From Sphyrna mokarran (Eukaryota), in contig JAGIQG010000004.1 of NCBI GenBank assembly GCA_024679065.1, positions 33,232,001-33,296,000 of the forward strand: 64,000 nt of DNA. Reading direction: 5' to 3'. Below are positions 61,676-64,000 of this stretch, piece by piece. The notes below the pieces were generated by a model. It saw nothing but the letters and a program-made list of their open reading frames with translations. It made no database searches and was not told the origin of the DNA. The translations under genes and the position numbers were made by a program. Within the stretch, counting starts at the first letter, position 1; the number at the start of each line of letters is the position of its first letter.

Positions 61676-64000
61676 ATTTGGTAACTTGGTCAACAATGGT
61701 AGTCAAACATGTTACGATATTCAATCTTCTTTCCTTATATCGAAATACAGTGCAGCATGGATGGAGAACAGGAGGCAGCTAGTTACATAGATCTCTTTTG
61801 GTAAGGCTAAACCTGTAAAAATCCATGTTGCTAATGACCTCACTTGCACGTGCTCATACCCAATAATGACAAAAGAATATGCATTTAAATTGGAAGATGC
61901 TTCCTATAACAATATAATAAAGCCAATTACAATTGCCAGAGAAAATCATTATCAAACTGTGTTAGGTTCAAATCCAAGTATTAGAGGCAGAGAGAGCTTG
62001 CGGTGAGAAGAACGCTTGACAAATTCCTGCATTTTCATGCAAAAGCTATAGATTTGCTGAAAGCTCTGTGTGCAATGCCCCCAAAAAACTATAGCACTCG
62101 ATGATACACTTGTGGAACTGCTCTTTCAAAAGTTGGACTAAAGAAATGACAACGAAGAGCATCCTTTGCACAAGAATAACATCCTGGCTGAGCAAGAGGA
62201 GGTGATTCAAAACAGAAGCAGATGAGAAGACAAAAACAAAGCAAGGTCATCTAGACTTGAAATGTTGGCTCTATTCTCCACAGATGCTGTCAGACCTACT
62301 GAGATTTTCCAGCATTTTCTATTTTTGTTTCAGATTCTAGTATCTGCAGTATTTTGCTTTTACCTCAGATGAGAAGACATTTGCCAGCCTTCCAAAACCT
62401 CAAACCTATTGGTAATACAAACCAATGCACAACAGAATCAGGACATCCAGACAGGAAGGAGGCTTGGGAACTTTCTTCCTCGAAGTATTTTTGAGGAGGC
62501 CACACTGGAAAGTCTGCACCTTGAGAATATAGGAGGAATGGGGCAAATTGAATTCAAAGGGCTTCTCTATTTTCAGCAAGGATATTTTCACAATCCTTTT
62601 CCTGTCCTTTTTCTCTCTACTTATTCATTTATGCAGACATACTCAATCATCATATCATGACATGAGATATAACATAATATTAAGGAGAACTTTACAGCTA
62701 GTATGCCAAAGAACGTTCCTCTTCAACTGCCTTAAAAGACCTTAGAAGAAGCCATCTATCTTCACTTATTGCTTTATTTGTCTAAAAAAGTAGTATGTTC
62801 ATTCAATGGGATTTAGATTGTCAGTTTGAGGAGACAGAAATATGCATTAATGGTAGTGAAGGACTAGCAGTTGCTGCAGGTTTCCATCACCATAAGTCTG
62901 CATCACTTCAAGTGGAAGTTGGTATTGGAATACAACCAATATTGTCAATCATCTTATGCATAGCATGCAGCAACTAAAATGATCTTGGAGACTACAACCA
63001 TATTATACACCTTGATCTGTCCAAGCGTTAGAAGTACTGCTGAAAAACATCTGCTGCATGCTCAATAAATTTTTTTTTAAATTTAGTCAAGGAATGTCAG
63101 CATTTTTACTCAATGGAGCAGGCGAGATGCAGACAATGCAAATATCTATTGACATTAAGCCGATTTTCCAGTTTTGAGTTGAGCGAGGCCATAAAATCCC
63201 GTCCAATATCTCCATTCACTTGTTGGTTCTTGTTATCACAGTGCTGTAATGGGATGGTCTTCCTGTCTGTCTTCATTATTAAGCAAAGCAGATACACAGA
63301 ATCATGTCATAATGAAAGAATCATAAGTATTATCTCCTATGAATGGATATTCACCTGTATTCCATTAACTGGCACAAATAACCTAGATGGTTATTTGGCT
63401 GCCATTAAGACAATCCAGACTTTGGAGGATCCAGTGATACAGGAAAATTGTAGCATTCTCAATAAGCTTGCACTTTCCTTTGGTGAAAGTAATGATACTG
63501 AACAATAATATAGTGAATTACTCATGTATCTTTGGATTGTGGTGTGTTACAATATTGAAATAAACCTGAAGCAAAGCACTGCCTTGTGGTAAAAGTTGTT
63601 TGCAGAATAGATTTGAGGAGATGCACAACTCTGCTTTTGCTTTGATGGTAAAGTAAAACCTCCAAAGATACTCTGGATCTGTAAGCGCGGGTGAGGATGG
63701 ATACAGGCTCTTGGAACTCTCATGCAGGCAAACTTTTTTCTGCCTTCAGATAAATTCATGGCATATTACTGAATGGAATATTTATTCTAAGAGTTTAGGT
63801 CGCAGAAGTGAAAATGCCAGCAGTACAGCTTCAAGAAACCACTCTCAGAATAGCTGGGAACAAACTTTTATTCATTGCCCATTTTACATATGCAAACTGA
63901 GCTCATGAATATGAGACAGCACTTTAGGCTGGTTGGAAGATTAAGCACTGCATGATTTGGGTGGAGAAGTGGAAATATAGATCACTGGCTGATCTGCCAG

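Overview
Vertebrate genomic DNA, most likely from a shark or other cartilaginous fish (inferred from HE1-type SINEs and CR1/Rex1/Penelope/Harbinger repeat content). The minus strand carries nearly all of NETO2 (CUB-CUB-LDLa-TM, C-terminus SMSIDF): eight coding exons read by eye between 48713 and 3343, all with GT-AG ends and matching phases; coding exon 1 is uncertain. Upstream on the same strand is the last coding exon of ITFG1 (56293-56352). The most striking structure lies in the last NETO2 intron: a young ~3.65 kb Neptune-type Penelope-like retroelement (PLE) inserted as a head-to-head palindrome. It has two ~1.67 kb near-identical arms, a 265 bp spacer, a 42 nt unpaired 3' tail, an 11-13 bp target-site duplication (TSD) and a minimal hammerhead ribozyme in each arm. 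Miniature 110-250 bp palindromes with the same termini and geometry occur elsewhere in the window. Also present: a U2 snRNA-derived retroposon with a TSD, an unexplained 158 bp inverted duplication, Harbinger-derived elements and a 44 bp minisatellite. Most short ORFs in the supplied track are noise or repeat fragments. All alignments were done by eye; boundaries of old repeats are approximate.
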